From positions 30,167 to 94,166 of the IMG/VR virus record IMGVR_UViG_3300046656_000613: a DNA stretch of 64,000 bases; one strand, given 5' to 3'. Positions 17,818 to 26,578 of this stretch are shown one piece after another (within the stretch, counting starts at the first letter, position 1; each line of letters starts with the position of its first letter). The notes beneath the pieces are model-generated. The model had not been told where the DNA came from, did no database searches, and saw only the letters and a program-made list of their open reading frames with translations. Source of the DNA: a virus. Its lineage: Duplodnaviria > Heunggongvirae > Uroviricota > Caudoviricetes. A program made the position numbers and the translations under genes.

Positions 17818-17991
17818 ATGAACGTAGTGCGAGTCACCGCTACGCTCGACGTCACAGTCCCCGGAGACGGGGGCTGCACTGACGCCGCGCGCACTGCGGT
17901 AACGAATGCCCTGACCCGGATCGTTGATCCGATGAAGGCAGGGATCACGATCTCCGGCGCGTCCGTGGATCGTGTGGAGCGCCTGACGTAA
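17818..17991 (+). CDS. hypothetical protein (57 aa)
   Basis: SD AGGAGAG before the ATG; preceded by a 12-bp palindrome at 17738..17778. Confidence 0.3.
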   Translation: MNVVRVTATLDVTVPGDGGCTDAARTAVTNALTRIVDPMKAGITISGASVDRVERLT

Positions 17992-18190
17992 TCGCAGCCG
18001 GACAGGCCACCTGGACCCCCGCGGGGTGAACGATGGTAGCCGGCAAGATGAAGACTACAAGGGGCGCTCGCGGCATCCGTCCGCTTGCGTCCCCAACGCA
18101 TACCACTGCGTAAACTGACCCCGGCCGAACAGCGCGGGGCGAGTACCGCTCCGCCCGGCCGGGGATCGTCCCCTGTGACCGGAGACAATC

Positions 18191-19066
18191 ATGAAAATCC
18201 TGATCGTCGCATTCCCGCGTGTCGTCTGCGGGCTATGCGCCCTCGCGCTTGGCTATTTCTGCGTAGCCAGCGCCTGGGAGGCCGGGATTGATTTTGCTGG
18301 CCTGCCCGCTGCCCTGGGCTTCTCGGCCCTGGCGGCGGGCTGCTGGTTCATCCCGTCCATCATCAGCACGACCACCTTTGCCAACCAAGTGCTGGGCTGG
18401 GTGGTGTTTGCCGTCGGCACCCTCATGGTGCTGACCACCTCCATGGGCAACGCGGCCAAACACCGCTCGGCCAATGTGGGGAGCGCGCAGACCACCATCA
18501 CCGCCTACACTCAGGCCGAGGCCGATCTGGCTCGCCTCACCCGCGAGCTGGACACCATGCGCGTCAATCCCAAGCGGCCCGGAGAAGCCCATCGGCTCTG
18601 GACCGCTACGGCGGGCTGCTCGAACGACACCCTGCCGGAAAGCAAGGACTACTGCCAAGCGGTGCGGCGCACTCAGCGTGAGCTGGGCGTGGCACGCGAC
18701 ACCATCGGCCGGGGGCGCCCTGTCTCTGCCGATCCTCAAGCTGCATCCCTGCGCAAGTTCATCGACGCGACGCCGGATCAGATCAACGAATGGATGCCGA
18801 TTCTCCTCGCCATCGCGCTGGAGATCGGCGCCACCGGCCTCATGTCCCTGGCCTTCGCGCCCATCAAGCTCCCAGGACGCCCTGGGAAGCCCCAGGAAGC
18901 CCCCATGCTGCCGCCGCCCGGCGATCCGGCATGGCTGTCATCCACGCCGCTCAGCGGCGACGTGATGCCTCGCTACACGCGGGCGCACCCGATCGGCCGT
19001 ATCGATGGCCGCAAGCTGCGCTGGCTTCCAACAAATCCCCGTCTCAACGACAACGAGGCGGCGTAG
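18191..19066 (+). CDS. multi-pass membrane protein (291 aa)
   Basis: Four or more hydrophobic helices in the N-terminal half; Pro-rich C-terminus. Confidence 0.5.
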   Translation: MKILIVAFPRVVCGLCALALGYFCVASAWEAGIDFAGLPAALGFSALAAGCWFIPSIISTTTFANQVLGWVVFAVGTLMVLTTSMGNAAKHRSANVGSAQTTITAYTQAEADLARLTRELDTMRVNPKRPGEAHRLWTATAGCSNDTLPESKDYCQAVRRTQRELGVARDTIGRGRPVSADPQAASLRKFIDATPDQINEWMPILLAIALEIGATGLMSLAFAPIKLPGRPGKPQEAPMLPPPGDPAWLSSTPLSGDVMPRYTRAHPIGRIDGRKLRWLPTNPRLNDNEAA

Positions 19067-19070
19067 GCAT

Positions 19071-19104
19071 GAAAAAACCCTGGCTGGAGAGACCCGGCCA
19101 GGGT
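19071..19104 (-). terminator. bidirectional intrinsic terminator (hairpin CCCTGGC...GCCAGGG with A6/T6 flank)
   Basis: 9-bp stem; T-run on the minus strand ends the leftward tRNA operon; also follows the plus-strand gene. Confidence 0.5.
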
Positions 19105-19149
19105 TAGTTTCGTGCAACCGTCGTCACCACATACGCACTGAAAACTCAT

Positions 19150-19241
19150 TGGCGGATAGGGCAGGATTCGAACCTGCGGGCCACGCTTTCGCGGACCAAC
19201 GATTTAGCAAACCGCCGCAATCGGCCTCTCTGCCACCTATC
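19150..19241 (-). tRNA. tRNA-Ser (GCT), type II
   Basis: Acceptor GGATAGG/CCTATCC, anticodon loop TTGCTAA, long variable arm, T-loop TTCGAAT, CCA encoded. Confidence 0.7.
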
Positions 19242-19311
19242 CAGGCTTCCCGATGGAATCCTGTCCTTAGACTCGCATCCCAACCTTATCGCACATATTC
19301 CACCCTGGCAA

Positions 19312-19406
19312 TGGCGGAGGAGGTAGGATTTGAACCCACGGGGCGCACTCTCGTGTCCCGACGGTTTTCAAGACCGCTGCCTTAAGCCAGACTCAGCCAC
19401 TCCTCC
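19312..19406 (-). tRNA. tRNA-Ser (TGA), type II
   Basis: Acceptor GGAGGAG with complementary CTCCTCC; a one-base anchor conflict forces a G-U at the 7:66 pair, possibly hiding an off-by-one in the gene or in the ORF track; anticodon loop CTTGAAA; long variable arm. Confidence 0.7.
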
Positions 19407-19630
19407 AACTCAAACAGGGCGCTGGCGACGGGGCGTTACCCCGTTGGCTCGATTGACTTGTGCACGTCGTGCAAGCGCGCCAGCATTAACTCGATACGGG
19501 TCTAGAGGACATGGGGATTGTACCTCCAGTTGCGATTCTTCGCGTTTGCGCCTCTTCGCCGGTTCCCTAAACCGAACCCGCTCTGGCCGATCACTTCCAT
19601 CGACCGGGGCCGGTCTTTCAGGCCCGTGTT

Positions 19631-19706
19631 TGGTAGCGGGAGTCGGATTTGAACCGACGACCTCCAGTTTATGAGACTGGCGAGCACTCCGCTGCTCTAT
19701 CCCGCA
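19631..19706 (-). tRNA. tRNA-Met (CAT), U1:U72 mismatch (initiator-like or elongator unresolved)
   Basis: Anticodon loop CTCATAA; perfect anticodon stem CCAGT/ACTGG; T-loop TTCAAAT. Confidence 0.7.
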
Positions 19707-19712
19707 ATAATT

Positions 19713-19789
19713 TGGTGCCACCGGCACGGTTTTGAACCTGCGACCTGCCGCTTACAAGGCGGCTGCTCTACCATCTGAGCTACGGCGGC
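19713..19789 (-). tRNA. tRNA-Thr (TGT)
   Basis: Acceptor GCCGCCG; anticodon stem GCCGC/GCGGC with loop CTTGTAA; T-stem has a 1-nt bulge. Confidence 0.7.
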
Positions 19790-19795
19790 GAAACT

Positions 19796-19869
19796 GGTTC
19801 TCCCTCAAGGATTCGAACCTCAACCTTTGCGTCCAGAGCGCAACGTCACTACCGTTAGACGAAGGGAGA
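19796..19869 (-). tRNA. tRNA-Gln (CTG)
   Basis: Anticodon loop CTCTGGA; D-arm similar to enterobacterial tRNA-Gln; T-loop TTCGAAT. Confidence 0.65.
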
Positions 19870-19872
19870 CCT

Positions 19873-19947
19873 TGGTCCTGAAGGCCAGAATTGAACTGGC
19901 GTTTCGCGGTCCACAGCCGCGCGTCCTAGCCACTGAACGACATCAGG
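19873..19947 (-). tRNA. tRNA-His (GTG) with no encoded G-1 and A73 discriminator
   Basis: Anticodon stem CGCGG/CCGCG with loop CTGTGGA; base before position 1 is C, not G. Confidence 0.65.
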
Positions 19948-19949
19948 GT

Positions 19950-20024
19950 TGGTCTGCGCGGCCTGGGTCGAACAGGCGGTCTCCTGATCCCAAATCAGGC
20001 GGATTACCTCTTTCCTACGCGCAG
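19950..20024 (-). tRNA. tRNA-Pro (TGG)
   Basis: C1:G72 acceptor CTGCGCG/CGCGCAG; anticodon stem CCTGA/TCAGG with loop TTTGGGA. Confidence 0.75.
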
Positions 20025-20358
20025 CAATAGCAGCGCCCCTCTCGGAGCGTTTACCGTTGATGCTGTCGCGGTCGGAAAGTCCACATAGGTCGAATTCCTT
20101 AAAAGAGTATGAGCCGCTCGCCATTCATCATGTCAGCGAGGAATGAGTCTCTTCCAACAACCGGGGTTGCTAAATTTGCCTCAGCGAGCGGCCCTGAGAC
20201 ATTTCATAGCGCATTATGCAGAAGTGTGCAAGCACCCATCGGCGCCCAAGCCAATAGGGTGTTGATAATTTCAAATTATCGGGGGTGAATTGGACTGGCG
20301 GTTGCGTGCCCGCGCAGTTCTGCATCTTGGGGAAAGATAGCAGGCCCCGACCGTTGGG

Positions 20359-20955
20359 TCAAGCCTGCTCGTGCTCCAGCAGCAATTGCGCCAAAGTGCT
20401 GATCCGCCCCCTGGTGTCGATCAGGTGGTGACTGATGCCGTAATGCTGGCAAAGCTCCGCGCCCATCAGCTCCAGCACCATGCCGGCCTTGGCCGATTGC
20501 GTCTGCGCACCCAGATTGGGCGCGTAGTGCTGGCCAAGCGTGGAGAGCGGCGCGCTCTCGCCGAGCGTGGACACCACCCATTCCAGCGCCAGCTTGAAGA
20601 TCGGCGGCACGGCGAGGATGGCGCGCTCGGTCTCGCGAGCGTAGTGGATGCGCTGTGTCAGATAATCGGCGGAACCATTGGCGCCCGGCGACGTTTTTTC
20701 CCTATAGCCGAACGCTTTGGGAGAGGCATACAGGCCCAGGTAATACTCGCGCAAAAAACGACAAAATGCTGCGTGCGAGTCCGAGCTGATCGTTTTGCGT
20801 CTTTTCAGCTCCTGGAGAACGGGGGAGATGCGCCAATGGCGTTCCTCCCCCGAACCCCATTCCTCGATCCCCAAGCCGGCCTCAGCAGCCCGCAAAATGC
20901 GCTGAGGGGTTGGGCCGATGGATTCCCCCGTCTGCACCTTAGCCCGCACCCCCAT
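20359..20955 (-). CDS. hypothetical protein (198 aa)
   Basis: Internal ATG with SD GGGGAG; the upstream part of ORF 20359..21141 is Arg-rich junk. Confidence 0.4.
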   Translation of the reverse strand: MGVRAKVQTGESIGPTPQRILRAAEAGLGIEEWGSGEERHWRISPVLQELKRRKTISSDSHAAFCRFLREYYLGLYASPKAFGYREKTSPGANGSADYLTQRIHYARETERAILAVPPIFKLALEWVVSTLGESAPLSTLGQHYAPNLGAQTQSAKAGMVLELMGAELCQHYGISHHLIDTRGRISTLAQLLLEHEQA

Positions 20956-21433
20956 CGTTACTCCCCGCCCCCGCATTCCCCTTAACGATCTCGGATTCCA
21001 AAAGACCGTGCAAGTCCATCGACGCCGCAATCGCCGGGAAATCCTCAGCAAACTGTTCGAGCGACCGCCGCGCGAGCTTATGCTGATCTCTCGGGAACAG
21101 CCGCAGCGGCCGATTTGCCGCCCCGGCGATGGAGGTGACAACCTGATGCAGGAACAGCATCGCCCGTCGATACTCCGCCGCCTTCTTCTCGGCCTCGGCG
21201 CGCGCGTTGCGCGCTACGACAATCTCCGGCGCTTCCTTGGGCTGGAGCCAGCCACCGTCCGCAGCCTCGTTGTCCTGGATCGGCGTCGGCTCGCGCGTGA
21301 TGCAATCCGGGCAGATCTGGCTGCCGTTGAAGCTGTCAAAGCCCTGCGCGCACAGCGGACAGATGAACCGACCGACGCGCCCTGACGCGAGGCGCCGGTC
21401 CAGGGGATCAAGCTCGAACACGCCTTGCCTCAT
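20939..21433 (-). CDS. hypothetical zinc-ribbon protein
   Basis: CPLC...CPDC motifs; internal Met start. Confidence 0.35.
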   Translation of the reverse strand: MRQGVFELDPLDRRLASGRVGRFICPLCAQGFDSFNGSQICPDCITREPTPIQDNEAADGGWLQPKEAPEIVVARNARAEAEKKAAEYRRAMLFLHQVVTSIAGAANRPLRLFPRDQHKLARRSLEQFAEDFPAIAASMDLHGLLESEIVKGNAGAGSNDGGAG

Positions 21434-21615
21434 GAACGGTCCACAGCCGCTCCATGCGCTCCTGCTGCGTCTCCTGCCGCGGCACCAGCCCGTAGCGCTC
21501 GCTATCAGCCGCCGCATTGCGCAGCCTGACCAGCACCTCCTGGGTGTAGCCAAGCGTCTCGCAGCTCATGGCCAGCGCCTTGCAGCGCTCCCGGCGATCC
21601 TCTCGCGTCTCCATC

Positions 21616-22191
21616 TCACCCCGCTAGGCTGATAATTTGCGCGTGTAAGGTTGCGTTGGCCCTGGCGTTGCGGACCTGCTCGCGGAAATGCTCCTCGCGC
21701 ATCGGCTGCTGGAGCTTGAGGATCTTCTCCATCAGCTCCGGCACGCTCTCGGGCGGCAGGATGATCTGCTTGCGCACCACGGGCGCGAAGTGAACAAAGT
21801 CATCGATTCGCTTCGGCCGATCAATGGGCCGCATTTGCGGATAGGGATCAACGGGGCGCCAGCGCATGTCGTCAACGCCGAATGCTTGCCGCGTAAAGAT
21901 CTGCCGGCCCATGCGATCGACCTTCAGGCCAGTAGTGCGGGTAGGGGCGCCGTCCCATCCACCATGATATGGGTCAAGCAGGCGGCGATAATTCCACTTC
22001 TCAGCATAGGTGATGCCGCGAATGTCGCTTTCCTCATGCTGGAAGGCCACCGTCAGCTCATCGCGCTCGAAATGCTCGCTGGCGCTGATTTGCCAGCCAT
22101 GGTGCGCCAGCCGCAGCGTGTCGGTCTCCCACCCCATCCAGTGGATCGGGATGGGCTCGGACAAGGTGTATTGTCCAAGCCCCGACGGCAT
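21616..22191 (-). CDS. hypothetical protein (191 aa)
   Basis: ORF track. Confidence 0.4.
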   Translation of the reverse strand: MPSGLGQYTLSEPIPIHWMGWETDTLRLAHHGWQISASEHFERDELTVAFQHEESDIRGITYAEKWNYRRLLDPYHGGWDGAPTRTTGLKVDRMGRQIFTRQAFGVDDMRWRPVDPYPQMRPIDRPKRIDDFVHFAPVVRKQIILPPESVPELMEKILKLQQPMREEHFREQVRNARANATLHAQIISLAG

Positions 22192-22394
22192 TAGCGAGCC
22201 TGCGCGCGCAGATCGCGCTGAAGCGCTGCGTATTCCAGCTCCAGATTGGCGACAATGCGCTTGGCATCAGCGATCTGGCGCAGCTTGCCCAGGAGCTGCC
22301 GGGTGGCTCCCTTGCTGAGTTCCTCGGCCATTTCCTTCTCGGCCTGGGCAATTGCCGCCGTGATCGGATCGATGGAAGTGATATTGTCGGTCAT
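22191..22394 (-). CDS. small coiled-coil protein (67 aa)
   Basis: Internal ATG; heptad-like sequence. Confidence 0.3.
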   Translation of the reverse strand: MTDNITSIDPITAAIAQAEKEMAEELSKGATRQLLGKLRQIADAKRIVANLELEYAALQRDLRAQAR

Positions 22395-22502
22395 GTCTCG
22401 CCTTGCTTCATAAAAACGCCGTCCGAGGTCTCCCCCGAACGGCGCCGCGTGCCCGCGTCTTGGAAACCAGAGCACAAATCTATGATCACGGCACCATGCC
22501 GA

Positions 22503-22841
22503 TCACCGTGAAACCCTAGCCGCCCGCGCCCGCCGCTTCAAGCGCTTTTTGCGTAGTGCACGGATCAGGAGCTTGTCGCCAGCGGGAATATAATAATTGC
22601 AAATTTCGCAATCTCCCTCGCGCAGCTCCCAGCTTCCGTTCTGCCGGCGCAGCGGCGGCGGCAATTCCTCGTGCTCAAAAAACTGGCATGTGTAGACTTC
22701 GGGGCACACCTCAATTTTTGGCTTGAGATGCGGCTGATTATCCTCAAATGGGATAAATTCAATTTCTTGAACTTGGCGTGCAAAAGCACATGTGCCGAGC
22801 CTGCTCATGTCATCCCTACCTAGCCCGCCATACCAAGCCAC
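22503..22841 (-). CDS. hypothetical Cys-containing protein
   Basis: ORF track; start borders the repeat tract. Confidence 0.3.
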   Translation of the reverse strand: MAWYGGLGRDDMSRLGTCAFARQVQEIEFIPFEDNQPHLKPKIEVCPEVYTCQFFEHEELPPPLRRQNGSWELREGDCEICNYYIPAGDKLLIRALRKKRLKRRARAARVSR

Positions 22842-23462
22842 GACTTGCCCAACCGAACCATACCACGCCCGCCACGCCTAGCCTAACCGGAACCAGCCCT
22901 GCCTCAACCAGACTCGCCCCGCCTCGCCTGCCATGCCTTGCCGTGCCGAAGCTTGCCCTACCCTGCCCGCCCTACCCGGCCTTGCCAGAACAGGCCAAGA
23001 CCTACCGCGCCAGAACTCACCATACCAAGCCTGCCTTACCAGGACATGCCTCGCCGCACAATACCATGCCGCGCCATGCCTGCCGTGCCCTGCCTTAACG
23101 CACCATGCCTCGCCGGGCCTTGCCTAGCCCGCCTTGCCTTAACTTGCCAAGCCCTGCCCTGCCTCACCCGCCCTGCCATGCCTGCCCGGCCGAGCCAGAA
23201 CCCGCCGCGCCTTACCATATCATGCCTGCCCAGCCCCAACCTGCCGAGCAGCACCGAACCCTGCCACGCCAGCCTTAACACGCCTTGCCCCGCCGCGCCT
23301 TGCCCTGCCATGCCTGCCCCGCCGAGCCGCGCCCTGTCCTGCCGCGCCGTGCCATGCCTGCCGCGCCACGCCGTAACGGAACGAGCCTTGCCGCACCCCG
23401 CCTGCCCTGCCGGGCCAGAACAAAACCAACCGGACCCCACCGTGCCTAGCCTGCCCTGCCAA
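22842..23462. repeat. 620-bp degenerate hexamer-repeat tract: (C/A)(C/A/T)TGCC on plus, GGCA(A/T/G)G on minus
   Basis: About 50 copies of CCTGCC, CATGCC, CTTGCC and CCAGCC-type units; longer recurring words CCAGAAC (4 copies) and CCTTAAC (3 copies); unit period not a multiple of 3. Confidence 0.8.
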
Positions 23463-23921
23463 TCAGTCCGCGCCCTTCAGTGCAAAATATCGGGCTAATT
23501 TTGCATGAAGCTGCTCGGCCTGCTTGAGGATATCTTGCTGATACGCTTCATCAAGATGCCGCTCGGAAACAATGCGATTCATCGGAATCCAGGTTTCCCT
23601 GACGAATTCGACTGCGCGCACCTCGATCACCCTATTGCGAACAACATGGGGCACGATCAAGCTGGACACAACCTTGCGCGCGAATTCCATTCGGCCACGC
23701 GTCGCCCAAGCCTCATCTCCATCGGACCAAAAAGCCTCGTGCAAAACATGCGACGGATCTTTTGATGCGTGAAAAAGCTTTTCAGGAGAATGGGCGCCAG
23801 CCTCCTGCATGGACCGCCACACCGCGACGGCGGAAACCCCCTTGGGGGCATGAAAGCCGTCCGCCCAGCGAACGGCCTCATCGCCCTCCACGGGCTTTAG
23901 ATATGATGTTCCTGCCGCCAT
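23463..23921 (-). CDS. hypothetical protein (152 aa)
   Basis: ORF track. Confidence 0.4.
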   Translation of the reverse strand: MAAGTSYLKPVEGDEAVRWADGFHAPKGVSAVAVWRSMQEAGAHSPEKLFHASKDPSHVLHEAFWSDGDEAWATRGRMEFARKVVSSLIVPHVVRNRVIEVRAVEFVRETWIPMNRIVSERHLDEAYQQDILKQAEQLHAKLARYFALKGAD

Positions 23922-24586
23922 ACCAGAAAATCTCCTTCATTGACCACGCGAAACGTACCGCAGTCCCCGTCTTTCTCGGGGCGGTAATCACCAATGCCAA
24001 CACCGTGGCCGGCTGCATCAAACATCGTCATCATCTGCTCGATGCTGATCACTTGCGGATTCAGGCTGACGTTCAATTCCACGCCCCAGGTAGAATACTC
24101 CGGCCGATAGCGCATCTCAGGCGGCCGGCCGGGGCCAGACAGCCGCGCGACGTCCTCACGCATAACAGGCGCCTTGGCAATCAGGGGCACCAACGCAGTA
24201 CGCACGAATGAGCCCTCAAGAACACCGGGCCTATCCATGGAAATGCCGCTGACGCGAAACGCCTGCCGCGCTGCGACCTTGGTGATATCGGAGAGCGATG
24301 TGCAAGCTGTCACTGCGGCGGCCTTGAAGCCGATTGCCGGGAACCCATCACCAGCATGGGGCTCCGGGAGCGGATAGCGCGACGCCTCCATTTCGGCGTA
24401 AGGATCGCGCGCGTCCCGGCCACCCTTGGCGATCTTGCGCTGCTTATCGAGCATCTCTTTCCGGGCTTTCTCGGGAAAGGCGTGGACGATGAGCGGGGCG
24501 GTGCCGATCAGAAACACCTTAACTTCTTGCACTTTAAAATCGGGCAGGGTAATGGTTCCGCCGACGGCGGGTTTTGCCTTCACCAT
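23897..24586 (-). CDS. hypothetical protein (229 aa, starts MVKAKP)
   Basis: Internal Met; the N-terminal LLLLLL segment of the longer ORF is rejected. Confidence 0.4.
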   Translation of the reverse strand: MVKAKPAVGGTITLPDFKVQEVKVFLIGTAPLIVHAFPEKARKEMLDKQRKIAKGGRDARDPYAEMEASRYPLPEPHAGDGFPAIGFKAAAVTACTSLSDITKVAARQAFRVSGISMDRPGVLEGSFVRTALVPLIAKAPVMREDVARLSGPGRPPEMRYRPEYSTWGVELNVSLNPQVISIEQMMTMFDAAGHGVGIGDYRPEKDGDCGTFRVVNEGDFLVWRQEHHI

Positions 24587-24682
24587 ATCTGTTCTCCACA
24601 GCAGATTTCTATCGTCAGGGGGCGTTGGCGCGCCCTCTGATAATTTCGTTGTAGAGTGACATAGCAATAATAGCAAGAGCAA

Positions 24683-25474
24683 TTACGCGAAGCGGCGCCG
24701 GGCCTTAAAAGCGCTCCCGATGGTCTTGAGCGATTCCTTGCGCGACAGGCCGATCGATGCCGCGGCCTGGGCGAGCATCTCGGCGGTGGCCTCATCGGCG
24801 TAGCCGCCTTCCGCAGCCCGACAGGCCGCCCAATACAGACAGGAATTGCGCTGGCTCTCGGCGGCGTTGGTGACAAACTTCGCCAGCCCTGACAAGGCAG
24901 CGTTGGCGTCGCGAATGCCTTCCTTGCGGACGAAGACGGCATTCTCCTTGGGCTTGAGCGCCATGCTCGCCCAGATCGGCATGCGCGCGATATCCGCTCC
25001 CAAGGGCGCGAGATGCCAGCGATAGAAGCGCCCGCCATCGAGCACGCTCGGCGGCGCCACGACATAGCCCCCGGTGGTGCGGATGTCGATCCCCTTCCCC
25101 AGCAGCGACTTGGAATTCAGCACCTGCGGCACGTAGCCGTAATAAAGGTGCCAGCCCCCCGACGGCGTGCGCGCGCTGACCGTCGGCTTGAAGATTCGGC
25201 CGAGCGCCTTCATCTGCCGCACCGTGTCATTCGATCCGGCCTTGGGATCTAAATCAACGACAGTCAGCCCCGACACCGCGCCGCAGGCGATGCCAACATT
25301 GGCGTGCGGGAAGCGGCGCGCCCATTCCCGAATCTGATCCAGGCTCTTGGAGGCATCGAGCACGCCCTGGCCGCCCGCCTTCTTCGAGATCGCCGGCAAC
25401 TTCGAGCCCGGCGACAGCGGGAACACGGCCCAATCCAACTCCAGCAACCGCTGCGCTGCATCCAGAAATTTCAT
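24683..25474 (-). CDS. bifunctional DNA primase/polymerase (PrimPol-like)
   Basis: Resemblance to the archaeo-eukaryotic primase PrimPol N-domain (AVFPLSPGSKLP, ANVGIACGAVSGLTVVDLDPK, GGWHLYY) of phage/plasmid replication proteins. Confidence 0.55.
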   Translation of the reverse strand: MKFLDAAQRLLELDWAVFPLSPGSKLPAISKKAGGQGVLDASKSLDQIREWARRFPHANVGIACGAVSGLTVVDLDPKAGSNDTVRQMKALGRIFKPTVSARTPSGGWHLYYGYVPQVLNSKSLLGKGIDIRTTGGYVVAPPSVLDGGRFYRWHLAPLGADIARMPIWASMALKPKENAVFVRKEGIRDANAALSGLAKFVTNAAESQRNSCLYWAACRAAEGGYADEATAEMLAQAAASIGLSRKESLKTIGSAFKARRRFA

Positions 25475-25477
25475 GGC

Positions 25478-26578
25478 TCAATCCTTCCAGATGTCCTTGA
25501 CCTGCTCGGTCGCGTAAGCGTCATATTCCATATGGAAATTTGCGGTGTCGAACCGCGAAGCCACCGTGCCGCGGATGCCCATTTTCTCCTCCACCTTGGA
25601 CTTATCCAGGCGCCAGATCGTATGGCCGCGGGTGGCCTCCCATTTCTTGCTGCGCACAATGCACAGGCCGCGATCGGCCTTGTTGCCGAAATTGCCCGAG
25701 CCGAAACTGTGCGCGATCTTGAACGGCTGAATGCTGCCGTCGCCGTTGATCATTTTTGCCGGGACGTGGGTGCCAATCGCGCTGATGATCCGGTTCGTAT
25801 CCACGGACCGTCGGAACATTCGCATGGCATCGCGAATGTATTCGGTCTCGATCTGCCTGACGTCCTTTTTGTGATCCATCTCGTTCCATGGATCAAGGAC
25901 GTGAAAAAGCGCGTTATACTTGCGCGTATAGAAATCGACCAGCTCGATATACCAGTCAACTTGGCGATCCTTATCTGGAGCACGACAGACGTAATGGATT
26001 CTGTCAAGCATATGATCGAGATTCGCCTTGTAGAGGTGCTCGTAATACTTGATGAAACGCTCCAGATTGCGCCGCATGTCGGCCGCCTCGTCTTCCCAGG
26101 CGCAGATCAGCGCCGAGCAATCGCCCAGCTCAGCACCGTTGACCCTGACGAACTGAAACGCCAATTGCTGCAAAACGGTGGACTTGCCCGAGGCGTAGGG
26201 GCCAGCCACAACCATCAGCTCGCGCAGACGCCACCGCCATCCCAAGTTCTTATCCAGGAACCCGATTCCCGAGGGGTAGGTCTGGAAAGTGTCGGCACTC
26301 GGCGCCCGGCGCAGCGACTGTGCGTCCCTGAAAAACAGGTGCCTGACCCGATTGCCATCATCGGATGAGCAGATCGACACCCGGCTGGCTGGCAGCCCCT
26401 GCCCGACCAGCTTCCAGGCTTCGGCCTCGACGCCTTCGAGGACAGTGCCGACAAGAACCAGATCACGGTCTCCGAGGATGTCCGGCCCCAGCTCATTGAG
26501 CGAGACATGCTGTTGCTCGGCCCTGTCGAGGGCTTCGTGAGCGGCGAGGTTGATTGTGACAAAGAGACGATCGGTCAC
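25478..26578 (-). CDS. P-loop NTPase, replicative helicase-like
   Basis: Walker A AGPYASGKST, Walker B-like VLDPWNE; lies between the PrimPol-like gene and the replication-initiator gene. Confidence 0.6.
   Translation of the reverse strand: MTDRLFVTINLAAHEALDRAEQQHVSLNELGPDILGDRDLVLVGTVLEGVEAEAWKLVGQGLPASRVSICSSDDGNRVRHLFFRDAQSLRRAPSADTFQTYPSGIGFLDKNLGWRWRLRELMVVAGPYASGKSTVLQQLAFQFVRVNGAELGDCSALICAWEDEAADMRRNLERFIKYYEHLYKANLDHMLDRIHYVCRAPDKDRQVDWYIELVDFYTRKYNALFHVLDPWNEMDHKKDVRQIETEYIRDAMRMFRRSVDTNRIISAIGTHVPAKMINGDGSIQPFKIAHSFGSGNFGNKADRGLCIVRSKKWEATRGHTIWRLDKSKVEEKMGIRGTVASRFDTANFHMEYDAYATEQVKDIWKD

Noticed and set aside
15852-18188. 214-aa and 201-aa minus-strand ORFs
   Set aside because: They are antisense to the run of small plus-strand genes, each of which has its own SD and leader cassette.
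19410-19630. Additional tRNA in the gap of the minus-strand tRNA operon
   Set aside because: A CCA-terminal acceptor-like end and palindromes are present, but no D-arm or T-arm consensus could be folded.
22842-23462. Possible CRISPR array
   Set aside because: The repeats are degenerate 6-8-mers with no regular repeat-spacer periodicity and no cas genes.
22938-23498. 186-aa Pro/Cys-rich ORF (and Gly/Arg-rich minus-strand ORFs) across the hexamer-repeat tract
   Set aside because: The repeat period is not a multiple of 3 and both strands give low-complexity translations, so this is most likely non-coding.
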